A stretch of 64,000 nucleotides of DNA, taken from the sequence record PP047753. The stretch is one strand, 5' to 3'. Positions within the stretch are counted from its first letter, which is position 1. The number at the start of each line of letters is the position of its first letter. A model generated the notes under the pieces. The model searched no databases, was not told where the DNA came from, and saw only the letters and a list, made by a program, of their open reading frames with translations. This document shows positions 1 through 9,032 of this stretch, piece by piece. A program made the translations under genes and the position numbers. The stretch is from Escherichia phage KEP3.

Positions 1-327
1 GAAAATTTGCTCATTCTGCCACATATCGTAAAACTTATCACTTACTTTTGTGACTGAAGAGGTGTGCATACAATTCAGGAACCATGACGGTGTACTAGCA
101 TCCATAATTGTTTCAAGTTTTTGTGTGACATTCACATCCATGCCTGCAACAACGTAATTGCCTCGCATTTTGCAAACAATTCTTCCAAACAAGATTGCAC
201 TTCTACCTCTTCGGTCGTCACAGTACATAACTGTGTCCCCGTGCTTAACATCTTGTCCGATGCTATCAACGCCTAATTTAACACCTGAGATAATGTCATC
301 ATAAGATAGCTTTTTTGCTTTAGACAC
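1..327 (-). CDS. hypothetical protein, N-terminal part (gene runs off window start)
   Basis: Open minus-strand frame from GTG at 325-327 preceded by GGAGA; absent from ORF track because truncated by window edge. Confidence 0.35.
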   Translation of the reverse strand, partial: MSKAKKLSYDDIISGVKLGVDSIGQDVKHGDTVMYCDDRRGRSAILFGRIVCKMRGNYVVAGMDVNVTQKLETIMDASTPSWFLNCMHTSSVTKVSDKFYDMWQNEQIF

Positions 328-652
328 GGTATTTCTCCAAGTTTCTTTTTAGATATAGCCAACCATAGTCAGTTCTTTCTACACCCATAAAGAGTGGAGC
401 CATCACAACTTTACCAAAAGTATTTCTGTGTTGGCAGATTTCAAAGGAATACTCTTTCTCAATATCAATCCCATATTTGTACAGGACTGCTTTTAAAACT
501 TGTTCATTATCCAGAAGTGTATCTGGAGTCTCACCATACTTCTCGAGTAACGGGTCATTCATAAACACCGTCATAGAAATATTGTAGTTTGAGAAGTGGC
601 TCTTCTGAGCCACGCCTTCTTTATTAATGTTCTGTGAATCCATTATAACCAA
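320..652 (-). CDS. hypothetical protein
   Basis: ORF track; tightly packed in minus-strand gene series. Confidence 0.5.
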   Translation of the reverse strand: MVIMDSQNINKEGVAQKSHFSNYNISMTVFMNDPLLEKYGETPDTLLDNEQVLKAVLYKYGIDIEKEYSFEICQHRNTFGKVVMAPLFMGVERTDYGWLYLKRNLEKYRV

Positions 653-1379
653 CCCCTTTTAACCAGCACTTCAGGTTATTAGCATCATAATTCAGTTTCG
701 GGTATGAGGTTACATGGAACTGCTCACCATCATAGTAGACAATATCTGCAATCCATAGTCCATTCTCTTTACAGAAATCTTTATCTGCTTTAGAGGTAAT
801 TGGATTAACTTCTACAAAACCATCTACACCCAAATCCTTTAAGCTACATACAATACCTTTGCAGATAACGCATGTGTCAGATACTACCACAAAAAGTTCT
901 TGGCTTTCAAGTTCTACAATGTATTCACCAAGCTGAACTTTAGGGAGATTAGATTGCTTCATAATCTTCCCATCGGCTGCACGAACAATTGCATACCATT
1001 CTTTACCATCAACTACTGACATTCTGATGATACACTCTTGACCAGTACGCTTCTCAATATCTGCAAGACGTTTTAAAGCTTCTTCATAGTCGTCTGTGTA
1101 CTTCAGGTCATTATTATGGCAAACAGCTTTCATAGCACCGTTATGGTCATGTTGTGACAGGTAAATCAAACCGTCAAGAACATATTGCAAATCTGCCTGA
1201 GCATCCAGTGTCTCAATGGGGTCTTTCTCTTCAATTGCTTTTACAAGCTCTTTTGCTTCTTCAAGCATACATAGAGATTGAGATTTCAAAGATTCCCAAT
1301 ACTCATTACTGTAAGGTTGCTTTTGAGTGTTCCCACAACGAAGATTCCAGTTTTTTACTGATTCTCTTGAGTTAAACAT
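624..1379 (-). CDS. MazG-like nucleotide pyrophosphohydrolase domain protein (tentative)
   Basis: N-terminal EEAKELVKAIEE...DAQADLQYVLDGL pattern resembles all-alpha NTP pyrophosphohydrolase E/D-rich helices. Confidence 0.4.
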   Translation of the reverse strand: MFNSRESVKNWNLRCGNTQKQPYSNEYWESLKSQSLCMLEEAKELVKAIEEKDPIETLDAQADLQYVLDGLIYLSQHDHNGAMKAVCHNNDLKYTDDYEEALKRLADIEKRTGQECIIRMSVVDGKEWYAIVRAADGKIMKQSNLPKVQLGEYIVELESQELFVVVSDTCVICKGIVCSLKDLGVDGFVEVNPITSKADKDFCKENGLWIADIVYYDGEQFHVTSYPKLNYDANNLKCWLKGVGYNGFTEH

Positions 1380-1618
1380 TTGGACTCCTTAAAATATCTG
1401 TTAACCTTTAGCTCTCGTGTTTCAATATATTCCAGATGCTCACGTAGCTCTTGACGTTTAAGCATTAGGTGCTGCATTTGAGATTCAACAGCTTCAACTT
1501 CTTTAATTATTGACTCTCTGGCACTTGCAAGAATGCGCCCAAGTTCTTCAATCTTGCTGTCAACTTTTGCTACATGACTCACAGCTTTACTTTTGTTAAA
1601 CATTTTATTCTCTCTCAA
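1355..1618 (-). CDS. hypothetical coiled-coil protein
   Basis: ORF track; heptad-like charged sequence. Confidence 0.4.
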   Translation of the reverse strand: MRENKMFNKSKAVSHVAKVDSKIEELGRILASARESIIKEVEAVESQMQHLMLKRQELREHLEYIETRELKVNRYFKESKCLTQENQ

Positions 1619-1624
1619 TAGTTA

Positions 1625-2122
1625 TCAAGCACAGTTTGCTTTCATTACCTTATGGATTCTTTTTTCAGCATCTTCATAAGTTTCTTTAGTAATAAACTTA
1701 ATTGCTGCAATATTGGCATTGTAGAAGAGTCTGAGCTTAGAGTCAATCCTTTTTGTCATTACATCAAATTTATGTTGAAGGTTTGCTTCACCATAAACTA
1801 GACCACCTTTTGTGTGGTAGGTTTGAATAATGTAAAAGTCAAAAAATTCTTTTCCAAAGCTCTCAATATCTTTTTTAATATACTCAGAAGAAGTCTCATA
1901 AGTCATCCAATCACTTTCCTTAGTGACTACCTTCTTCCGAGTCTTGCCAGCAACTTTTCTTTTGGTCACACTATTAAGCTGTTTCTTTCCGATATAATAT
2001 TGTCCGGTTTTCTTACAGTATACTAAATAGACAAAACCAAAATGTTTAGTGGGGTCAACTTCCCCACACAAAGATACCCAATGACCATAGGTGGGGCAAT
2101 TGCCAAATCCTTTAATCTTCAT
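1625..2122 (-). CDS. GIY-YIG nuclease domain protein
   Basis: N-terminal GFVYLVYCKKTGQYYIGKK matches GIY-(x9-11)-YIG motif. Confidence 0.5.
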   Translation of the reverse strand: MKIKGFGNCPTYGHWVSLCGEVDPTKHFGFVYLVYCKKTGQYYIGKKQLNSVTKRKVAGKTRKKVVTKESDWMTYETSSEYIKKDIESFGKEFFDFYIIQTYHTKGGLVYGEANLQHKFDVMTKRIDSKLRLFYNANIAAIKFITKETYEDAEKRIHKVMKANCA

Positions 2123-3152
2123 TCATACACGGCTCCCAATTATATTTCTTAAAAGAGAAATTATCTTTTGGATTTCTCTCTTGATATGCTATCCAGAAAT
2201 GTTGTTCCATTAACTCTAATGGTGTTTTGGTAATAGTCTGTCCATCCCATGACACATAGGTGTAAGACTCTTTTTTAGCATAGAGTTCATAGATAGCGTC
2301 AAGACACTCTTTATAGGTCTCTTTGCCATCTAAAGCATTCATCACAGCTACTTTTCCAGCACCTTTAAGGCCGAAGTAGTTGTCTGCATTATCTCCAGCA
2401 ACAGCCTGATAACACAAAAATTTAAAACCTACACCAACTGTTTTTGCAGCTTTTGGTTTTGATTTGATAGGACAATCCCAGATATCACCAACATTATTAT
2501 CAGCAATAAAAATTAGTGGTGACTTTTCATAAGTCATGTCAATACAATAAGTCCCTTCAGCTTGTCGAAGGTCTTTGTCAATACTCATAAGAGCAGCCTT
2601 CTTACCCATCTTTTCAGCTTTAGCAATTACGATTGAGTCTGCTTCGAAGCCACCCTTTAAGAGTTTAAACTCTGGTCTTGACAGAAGATATTCACGACAA
2701 GCAACTAAGTGTGTTGGTGTGACAGCCTCTTTACGGTTACCTTGATATTGGTGCTCAAGACCTTTAATGTCTTTATGTTTATGTACACCCTTCTCTGTTA
2801 AGTAACCTACCCAAGTTCTTTCTTTACCAACAACCTTAAGCCATTCCTGAAGAACCTGCTGAGTAGCCATGATAGCTTCTTTTTCACTCTTAGCTTCTTT
2901 CCAAGTCTGTCTTTCCCATTCATCTTCATCAAATGTCAGGCCAAGTTCTTCCACAAGGATTCTCTGGTCTGCTAACCATCTTGCAGCATCTTTTGCATTA
3001 TCAAATGGTTCAGATTCTTCTGCTGTGAGTTTATTGACATACTTATATTTTGCTTTCTCAACTACACAAGCACCTTTATAGGCAATACTGTCAGAGTCAA
3101 TAAAGACATGTGTAACTGAATCTGGAAGTTTTGTTAGCGTATACTGCTCCAT
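2112..3152 (-). CDS. 5'-3' exonuclease / flap endonuclease (RNase H-like)
   Basis: VFIDSDSIAYKGA N-terminal PIN-like acidic motif, SIDKDLRQ second acidic cluster, GVGFKF...GLKGAGKV helix-hairpin-helix-like segment. Confidence 0.5.
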   Translation of the reverse strand: MEQYTLTKLPDSVTHVFIDSDSIAYKGACVVEKAKYKYVNKLTAEESEPFDNAKDAARWLADQRILVEELGLTFDEDEWERQTWKEAKSEKEAIMATQQVLQEWLKVVGKERTWVGYLTEKGVHKHKDIKGLEHQYQGNRKEAVTPTHLVACREYLLSRPEFKLLKGGFEADSIVIAKAEKMGKKAALMSIDKDLRQAEGTYCIDMTYEKSPLIFIADNNVGDIWDCPIKSKPKAAKTVGVGFKFLCYQAVAGDNADNYFGLKGAGKVAVMNALDGKETYKECLDAIYELYAKKESYTYVSWDGQTITKTPLELMEQHFWIAYQERNPKDNFSFKKYNWEPCMNED

Positions 3153-3214
3153 TATGACTCTCCATATGAAAAAGCCCCATACTAAGTACAGGGCTTTAAA
3201 GTAACTTTTAGAGA

Positions 3215-4072
3215 TTAGTCTTCTGTATCGAAGTCTTCATCTTCTTCGTCATCTGGGTCTGGCAAGTCTTCATCGTCACCATCATCAGAATCATTTGAAG
3301 GTTTGTGGTCTTTTGCGTCTTCTTCAGTGATTTCACCGTTGTCTTCAACACCGTCAAGACCAAGCATAGCCAGTTCGTCTTCATCCAGTTCAGGTTCGCC
3401 GTTAGCGCCGTTACCACCAGTGTAAGGTACAAGAGTATCAATGATAAACTGTTCCTGAATAGGTTTTGTCAGAACATTGTTCTCAAAAGTGTAGAAGTGA
3501 GTAGAAAGAATCACACTACCAAAAGAACCGTTACCAACTGCAATATCTGGATGAATTACATCATAGTTCTTATCATCTTCATGTTTGTCAGATGCTTGAG
3601 CTTTGATTTTCTTCATCGGCTGTTTAACAGCTACACGCTTACCGTTTACTTCTTCAATCAGCATTACAGGGAATGACTGTTTAGCTGTCCACACAGCACC
3701 ATCTTTATAAGCTGCTGCACGACTTACTTTCAAGATGTAGTAAGTGTCTGCTTCAAATGGTGGTTTGCAACCAAACTTCTCTTCGAAGTCATCTGCATCA
3801 ACTGCTTCAGTAGTAACTTTATCCCAACCTTCTGGGTTTTTCTTAGACTTAGTAAACTCTTTAAATAGTTTATTACCATCTTCTGCCAGAATTGAAACAC
3901 TGTAGTTACAGTCTTTGCCTGGGAATTTCTTGTCAATGGATTTACCTTTTCCCGGACGTGGGGAAGTGTTCAGGTAATAAAACCAGACATCTTTCAGAAG
4001 GTAACGCAGAGTTTGACGTTCAGTACCATTGTACTTCTCTACCGGAGCTTTCATTTTAACAACTTTAGACAT
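3215..4072 (-). CDS. ssDNA-binding protein (tentative)
   Basis: Strongly acidic C-terminal tail (DDGDDEDLPDPDDEEDEDFDTED) typical of phage SSBs; position in replication module. Confidence 0.4.
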   Translation of the reverse strand: MSKVVKMKAPVEKYNGTERQTLRYLLKDVWFYYLNTSPRPGKGKSIDKKFPGKDCNYSVSILAEDGNKLFKEFTKSKKNPEGWDKVTTEAVDADDFEEKFGCKPPFEADTYYILKVSRAAAYKDGAVWTAKQSFPVMLIEEVNGKRVAVKQPMKKIKAQASDKHEDDKNYDVIHPDIAVGNGSFGSVILSTHFYTFENNVLTKPIQEQFIIDTLVPYTGGNGANGEPELDEDELAMLGLDGVEDNGEITEEDAKDHKPSNDSDDGDDEDLPDPDDEEDEDFDTED

Positions 4073-4108
4073 TATTTAAACCTCTATCTCAATTTATGAA
4101 GAGTACCA

Positions 4109-4137
4109 ATTCTAATTTGTTGATACTCTATTGTCAA
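4109..4137 (-). promoter_or_regulatory. sigma70-like promoter (minus-strand TTGACA, 17 nt spacer, TAGAAT) upstream of SSB-like gene
   Basis: Reverse complement of 4109-4137 gives TTGACA-17nt-TAGAAT. Confidence 0.4.
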
Positions 4138-4145
4138 ACATTAAT

Positions 4146-4294
4146 TACTGGAAGTTGTGCTTATCTTTAGAAGCTGCTTTACGTGCAGTTTTTCCAGTTC
4201 TTACACGCTTCTCTTCATAGTATTTTGCTGGTTTTCCAGCAGTGGCTTTTAAGGAATCCCCAAAAACTTTTTCAAATGCTTTAGAGTGTTTCAT
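4146..4294 (-). CDS. small basic protein (49 aa)
   Basis: ATG with GGAGA RBS, ATGA start/stop overlap with upstream gene; below ORF-track size cutoff. Confidence 0.3.
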
Positions 4295-4578
4295 GATATT
4301 CTCCGATATACTTGATATTCAAACACATTTTCTTTTATTACAAACAGCCAACCAATATTATGTTTAGGTATAGTAATAGTGACTGTGATTATGCTGTGAT
4401 GGAACTTTTCTTCTACCTCAACACCTCCATCACATTTCATGTAGAGCATTCTATAGAACCTATCAACCTTTGTCAAACACTCTTCCTGAAATTCATTTAA
4501 ACTTTTTTCTTCAAAGAAGGGTATAAACCCCTCTCTTTTATAACTATCACTCAGTTTCGAATGGGCAGTCATCTGCAT
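4291..4578 (-). CDS. hypothetical protein
   Basis: ORF track. Confidence 0.4.
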   Translation of the reverse strand: MQMTAHSKLSDSYKREGFIPFFEEKSLNEFQEECLTKVDRFYRMLYMKCDGGVEVEEKFHHSIITVTITIPKHNIGWLFVIKENVFEYQVYRRIS

Positions 4579-6532
4579 CCTCGCTTAATACAGGTGGAAT
4601 CGTTGAGCTTTGACGCTGTTCTTCAGTATAGACTTCACCAGTCTCACGGTCAAACACTTCATCCTCATAATGAGGTAAAGAGTCGTCATAATGGTCTTCA
4701 GCTTCACCAATACCAAACTGTTGACGGATATTTTCTGCTGCACCATCAATGTCAACACCACACCCAGAAGCTTTGATAAGACGCCCTGTGTCTGGATTGT
4801 ACCAAGTATGACCAGCAATACCTGTTGACTTACCATGACGACGACACTTAGTTAACTTGATTTTTGTCAAGTTTTTCTTAACAGGGTCTGGGTCAACCTT
4901 GTTACGCATTAACAGGATGTTGTTCATGGAAATCTGGAAATACGCACCAGAGCCTTTAATGTCCTCTTCAGAGATATCTCCACCTTCAGAGTTAGCTTTC
5001 TGACCACCTGCACTCTTACGAACGTGACATACGTTAACCTGTGCATACTGGTAGCGTTTGCAACGACGTAATAGTTCAGACAAAACCTCCTCTTCATCTG
5101 TATCTGAACGTGACAGAGCCAGCGTAATAGGGTCAAGAATTATAATCTTACAGTCTAAACTGTTAACAAGATAGTCAACAAATTCCAGCAGGTTATCTTG
5201 GTCAATTGCCCCTTGATGGTCTACGATGTGGATACGACGACCTTTAGATAGTTCTGCGTGTGCTTCCTTTAATTCATCCCAATCACGTTCGTCATAAGGA
5301 ATCTCGGAAATCTGCTTACTCAGGTGGATTGCACAGAGCATCTCCATCAACTCTTCGTAGGTATCTTCTACAGGAATTACACCAATATTATAATCGGTTT
5401 CCTTCCAAGCTGAATAAATCATCTCACGAGTGTAAGCTGACTTACCTACTGAAGATGGTGCTGCCAGAGTTGTAATCTCACCTAAACCATAACCACCATA
5501 AGTCAGTCTGTTCAAATCCCCGAAAGATTCTGGGAAAGGAATCAAAGGAATCTGACCACGATTCTTCATTGCCTCAAAACCATCTGCAAAGTTCTTGATA
5601 CCAGCAGGGCAATAACGAGGTGCATTGTAGATACGCTGCTTAAATCCTTCAAGAACTGTATCTTTCTCTTTATAGAACTTTGTCCACCATTCATTAAGGT
5701 CTTTTACACCTTCTGGATACTGGAATAAACGAACCTTCTCAATAGGTAGGATACCAGCAGCCTCTTTGGTGGCTTTAGCACCCGCTTCATCGTTATCAAA
5801 GCACAAGTAAATCTCATCAAATGATGTGATGTACTGATAGTTGTCTTTGATAGACTTAATGTTTGCACCTGATGGGACAGATACGTGGCAGTAATTCTTA
5901 CGACGAGACTTATCTTTAATTGCCAGAGAAGTCATGTAGATTGCTGTAGCACATTCCATCTCACCTTCCCAGATGAATAGACGGTTGCCACCTTCTGGAG
6001 CAATCCATGAACCAAACATTGCCAGTTCACCTTTAATGTCTCCAACACCACCTGAAAAGTCTTTTAGCTTACCACGTAGGTGCTCTTTTGGGTGGTCTTC
6101 TGGGTAACGGTGACGAACACGGTAGCCAACATGTTCTAGCTTGCCATCTTCATTACGTTTGTAAGTCGGATAGAAATGTGCATCAATTTCACCATCACTG
6201 TCAATGTCGACCTTGATACCTAAGCGTTCAAGAACTTTTGCAGGAATCTTCCTGTCTTTCAAGTCCATTGCTTCAAGGTTTTCTTTTACATCGTCTAAAT
6301 CCATTCCACGGAAAGTACGGTTTTTATTATCTGAACCAGTAGAATAAGTGCTCACAATCTGTCCTTTATCAAAATCCCACTCTGGGAAACCTTTCTTACA
6401 ACTAAAGCAAGTCATCGAATAAGAATCATCGTCATGATGGTAGATTGAACCAGCATCTGATGAACCACAACGTGGACATGCACAATGACCAACAAACTGA
6501 CCAGCCTCTTTCAATTTACGACCTTTAGACAT
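4547..6532 (-). CDS. DNA primase-helicase (zinc finger + TOPRIM-like + DnaB-like helicase)
   Basis: CPRCGSS...CFSCKKG zinc ribbon; Walker A APSSVGKS; start moved to ATG at 6532 with GAAGAGGTG RBS. Confidence 0.8.
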   Translation of the reverse strand: MSKGRKLKEAGQFVGHCACPRCGSSDAGSIYHHDDDSYSMTCFSCKKGFPEWDFDKGQIVSTYSTGSDNKNRTFRGMDLDDVKENLEAMDLKDRKIPAKVLERLGIKVDIDSDGEIDAHFYPTYKRNEDGKLEHVGYRVRHRYPEDHPKEHLRGKLKDFSGGVGDIKGELAMFGSWIAPEGGNRLFIWEGEMECATAIYMTSLAIKDKSRRKNYCHVSVPSGANIKSIKDNYQYITSFDEIYLCFDNDEAGAKATKEAAGILPIEKVRLFQYPEGVKDLNEWWTKFYKEKDTVLEGFKQRIYNAPRYCPAGIKNFADGFEAMKNRGQIPLIPFPESFGDLNRLTYGGYGLGEITTLAAPSSVGKSAYTREMIYSAWKETDYNIGVIPVEDTYEELMEMLCAIHLSKQISEIPYDERDWDELKEAHAELSKGRRIHIVDHQGAIDQDNLLEFVDYLVNSLDCKIIILDPITLALSRSDTDEEEVLSELLRRCKRYQYAQVNVCHVRKSAGGQKANSEGGDISEEDIKGSGAYFQISMNNILLMRNKVDPDPVKKNLTKIKLTKCRRHGKSTGIAGHTWYNPDTGRLIKASGCGVDIDGAAENIRQQFGIGEAEDHYDDSLPHYEDEVFDRETGEVYTEEQRQSSTIPPVLSEDADDCPFETE

Positions 6533-6725
6533 TAGCACCTCTTCGTTGTAGTTCTGCCTTCAATCCATTTTCAATCTTGTCCAGTTCATGGATTTCATCT
6601 GCAATCTCTTTCCTTCGTGATTCAACTCTCTTAAGACGTTCAATCATTACCTCATTGGAAAGAGATGAGAGTTCCACTAAACGATGGTCAATAACTTTGA
6701 AATTATCTTTTACTCTCATCTTCAT
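6525..6725 (-). CDS. hypothetical protein
   Basis: ORF track. Confidence 0.4.
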   Translation of the reverse strand: MKMRVKDNFKVIDHRLVELSSLSNEVMIERLKRVESRRKEIADEIHELDKIENGLKAELQRRGANV

Positions 6726-6733
6726 GCTCTCTT

Positions 6734-7477
6734 TTAAATTTTAAGGATAGCTCTTAACTTGCTTTCAAGGTCTGCAAGAGTACCATTATTATGAATAATG
6801 TCACGCGCATATTTGGTAGAAATTCCATTTTCTGAAACATGTGATGAAACCTTGTCCACATTGTCTCTTTTTACTTCAATAGTTTGGTGTGCAAATCTAC
6901 TCAGCCACTCAGCTTCAGAGTCAAACCTTAAGTCACTGATTAAAACAACACCTTCTTGATTCTTAAGTGAGCAAACGTCAAAGAAATTTGCCATTCGTTT
7001 TTCTAGGTCTTTAGCCCAGAATTTGTCACCCATAACTTTACGGATAACTTCAGTACCCCAAATCTGTTGAATTTGTCTTGATGAGAATTTATACTTTTTG
7101 CTAAATCCCAGACGTGTCAATAGAGTCGGTTTAGCGACCTTCTTTAGTTCCATAATTAATCGTCCAGTCAACTCTGACATGAGTTTGAAGTCATCATGGT
7201 AACGTTCACCTCTGAAGGTAAACTCCATAGCTTCTGTGACTTTGAACATCAGTTCATGGTATGATAAATCAAAAACCTGTGGAGTTTCTTTAGTTTCACC
7301 GTACAGGTCATTCCAAGTCAGGTCAAATATCTTTGAAGCAGAGAGTTTAAGGTTGTCTGCATAGGCCATTACTGCAACATTGTATCCGTACTCATCCTCT
7401 AAGATGTTCTTCACAATAGAACATGAGGTATCTTTTCCAGAACGTGCCTTTCCAGTAAATGCGATAATATTACTCAT
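6734..7477 (-). CDS. deoxynucleoside monophosphate kinase
   Basis: N-terminus IIAFTGKARSGKDT closely matches T4 dNMP kinase P-loop (LSGVKRSGKDTT). Confidence 0.65.
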   Translation of the reverse strand: MSNIIAFTGKARSGKDTSCSIVKNILEDEYGYNVAVMAYADNLKLSASKIFDLTWNDLYGETKETPQVFDLSYHELMFKVTEAMEFTFRGERYHDDFKLMSELTGRLIMELKKVAKPTLLTRLGFSKKYKFSSRQIQQIWGTEVIRKVMGDKFWAKDLEKRMANFFDVCSLKNQEGVVLISDLRFDSEAEWLSRFAHQTIEVKRDNVDKVSSHVSENGISTKYARDIIHNNGTLADLESKLRAILKI

Positions 7478-7538
7478 TCTATCTCCCTTAATTACTAAAA
7501 AGCCCCCAGCTAAGGAGGCTTGTAAGTTTTATAAAGAC

Positions 7539-8351
7539 TTAGTGTAGTTGGTCAGTATTAATCTGTGAGTGTTCTTTTTCAGCCATAGCTGAGATTTGCT
7601 TAACAAAATCATCACCGAAGTTAATGCGAAGCTTCTCTTCAATGATTGAAGCACCGATGCTTACCAAAACATCATTGATTGCTTGCATACTCACACCGCC
7701 AGTCATTTCCTCAACGAACTCAATGGTTACTCCCAACATCTGAGAAAGTTGGATTAGTGCAACGATATTCATCATTGTAGAAATAGCTGGAATCATCAGA
7801 GCAACCTTCACCTGTAGTGGTTCTACATCAGCTACAGAATCATCTTTCACAGCTTCTTCTAAAGAATCTTTAGTTTGCTGGATAATCTCTTTGATTCGTG
7901 GGTTTAACTCTTCTACACCCCAATCAAGTTTTTCATATCGTGACAGCTTCTCTTCCATGCGCTTCTCAAGAGCAGCCATAACAGCACTCGTTGACGAAAT
8001 TAACAGGTCAACTAGCTCATTATTATCTAAGAGCAATAGCGAGTCTTTTTCTTCAGAGGTCATGGCAATATAGTCATTTTTCTGCATCTCATAAAAAATG
8101 AACTCTGCAATAGCATCAACACCTACAACAATAGATGCTAAAGCAAGTGTTTTGTCACACAGCATCATATTAACCTGTTCTGCAAAAGCACCGTTATCAG
8201 ACTTGTCTTTAGGCAGGTTATAGCTTGCAGGCATAAACTGTTCTGTGTAGTTGTTTCCACGAAGAATCATAGCCATGCTTTCTACGGCATTGATTAAGAA
8301 AGCTTCGTCAATACCTTTTTCTTCAAGCATCTGGTCTACAGTAGTATTCAT
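7539..8351 (-). CDS. hypothetical protein
   Basis: ORF track. Confidence 0.5.
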   Translation of the reverse strand: MNTTVDQMLEEKGIDEAFLINAVESMAMILRGNNYTEQFMPASYNLPKDKSDNGAFAEQVNMMLCDKTLALASIVVGVDAIAEFIFYEMQKNDYIAMTSEEKDSLLLLDNNELVDLLISSTSAVMAALEKRMEEKLSRYEKLDWGVEELNPRIKEIIQQTKDSLEEAVKDDSVADVEPLQVKVALMIPAISTMMNIVALIQLSQMLGVTIEFVEEMTGGVSMQAINDVLVSIGASIIEEKLRINFGDDFVKQISAMAEKEHSQINTDQLH

Positions 8352-8352
8352 A

Positions 8353-8775
8353 TTATTTCTCTCTCAGTTTGTTAAGTTTCTTTCTAGAACATTTTAAGTT
8401 TTCTGATGAAGAAAAGTCAAGTGTCTTTTCAGAACGTGGATAGTAATGTCTATCCCAAGAAGTTTCAACATCATTAATCAGTGACGCTAGATTACACAGG
8501 TCTGTACCACTTTGCAACCTCTTTTTAAGAGAATCTAGTAAAGCAACTGTGTCTTTAGCTTTACGTCTAGCTGTAGCAACATCTTTCATATGCTCAAATA
8601 CAGAGCATTTTAAGTCATCTTCATAGTTTTCAGACAACTCTATTTCATGTTGTATATCAACCATTCTCCTGTGATGGTGAGCATATTCCCGTTGAGCAGC
8701 AATGTCAAGTTCTTCCAACTTCTGCAAAGCTCTAACAAAGTCAGCTATGTCTGGGTGAACAAACATTTTCTGCAT
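8353..8775 (-). CDS. hypothetical protein
   Basis: ORF track. Confidence 0.5.
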   Translation of the reverse strand: MQKMFVHPDIADFVRALQKLEELDIAAQREYAHHHRRMVDIQHEIELSENYEDDLKCSVFEHMKDVATARRKAKDTVALLDSLKKRLQSGTDLCNLASLINDVETSWDRHYYPRSEKTLDFSSSENLKCSRKKLNKLREK

Positions 8776-8952
8776 GTAAGCCTCTTTTAAGTAACTATTA
8801 AGTTTTAATCTTTTATCTTAACGTATTCTATACGTTATACTTTAAAGCTTTTTAAAAGCTATTAAATAATCTTTTAAGAGTTTTAAAGTATCTGTATAGT
8901 TAAACTGTTAAGTAACCTTTTAAGTAAAAACCCACTTCGCAAAGATTAACAC

Positions 8953-8974
8953 CTTGTCAAGTACATTGTCAACT
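8953..8974. promoter_or_regulatory. CCTTGTCAAGTACATTGTCAAC motif in divergent promoter region
   Basis: Tandem TTGTCAA half-sites; near-identical copy at 51688-51709. Confidence 0.4.
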
Positions 8975-9032
8975 TGCTTTTTATAATTTTTTGCAGTAAT
9001 GTATGAGGTTAATGATTTTAGAGGGAGTAAAA

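Noticed and set aside
9003-9032. ORF-track upstream starts that extend genes into neighbours (9003, 12520, 12979, 14537, 16662, 41702, 43326, 48159, 51787, 57348, 59088)
   Set aside because: These use TTG/GTG or lack an RBS and overlap the upstream gene or a tRNA; downstream ATGs with Shine-Dalgarno sequences were preferred.
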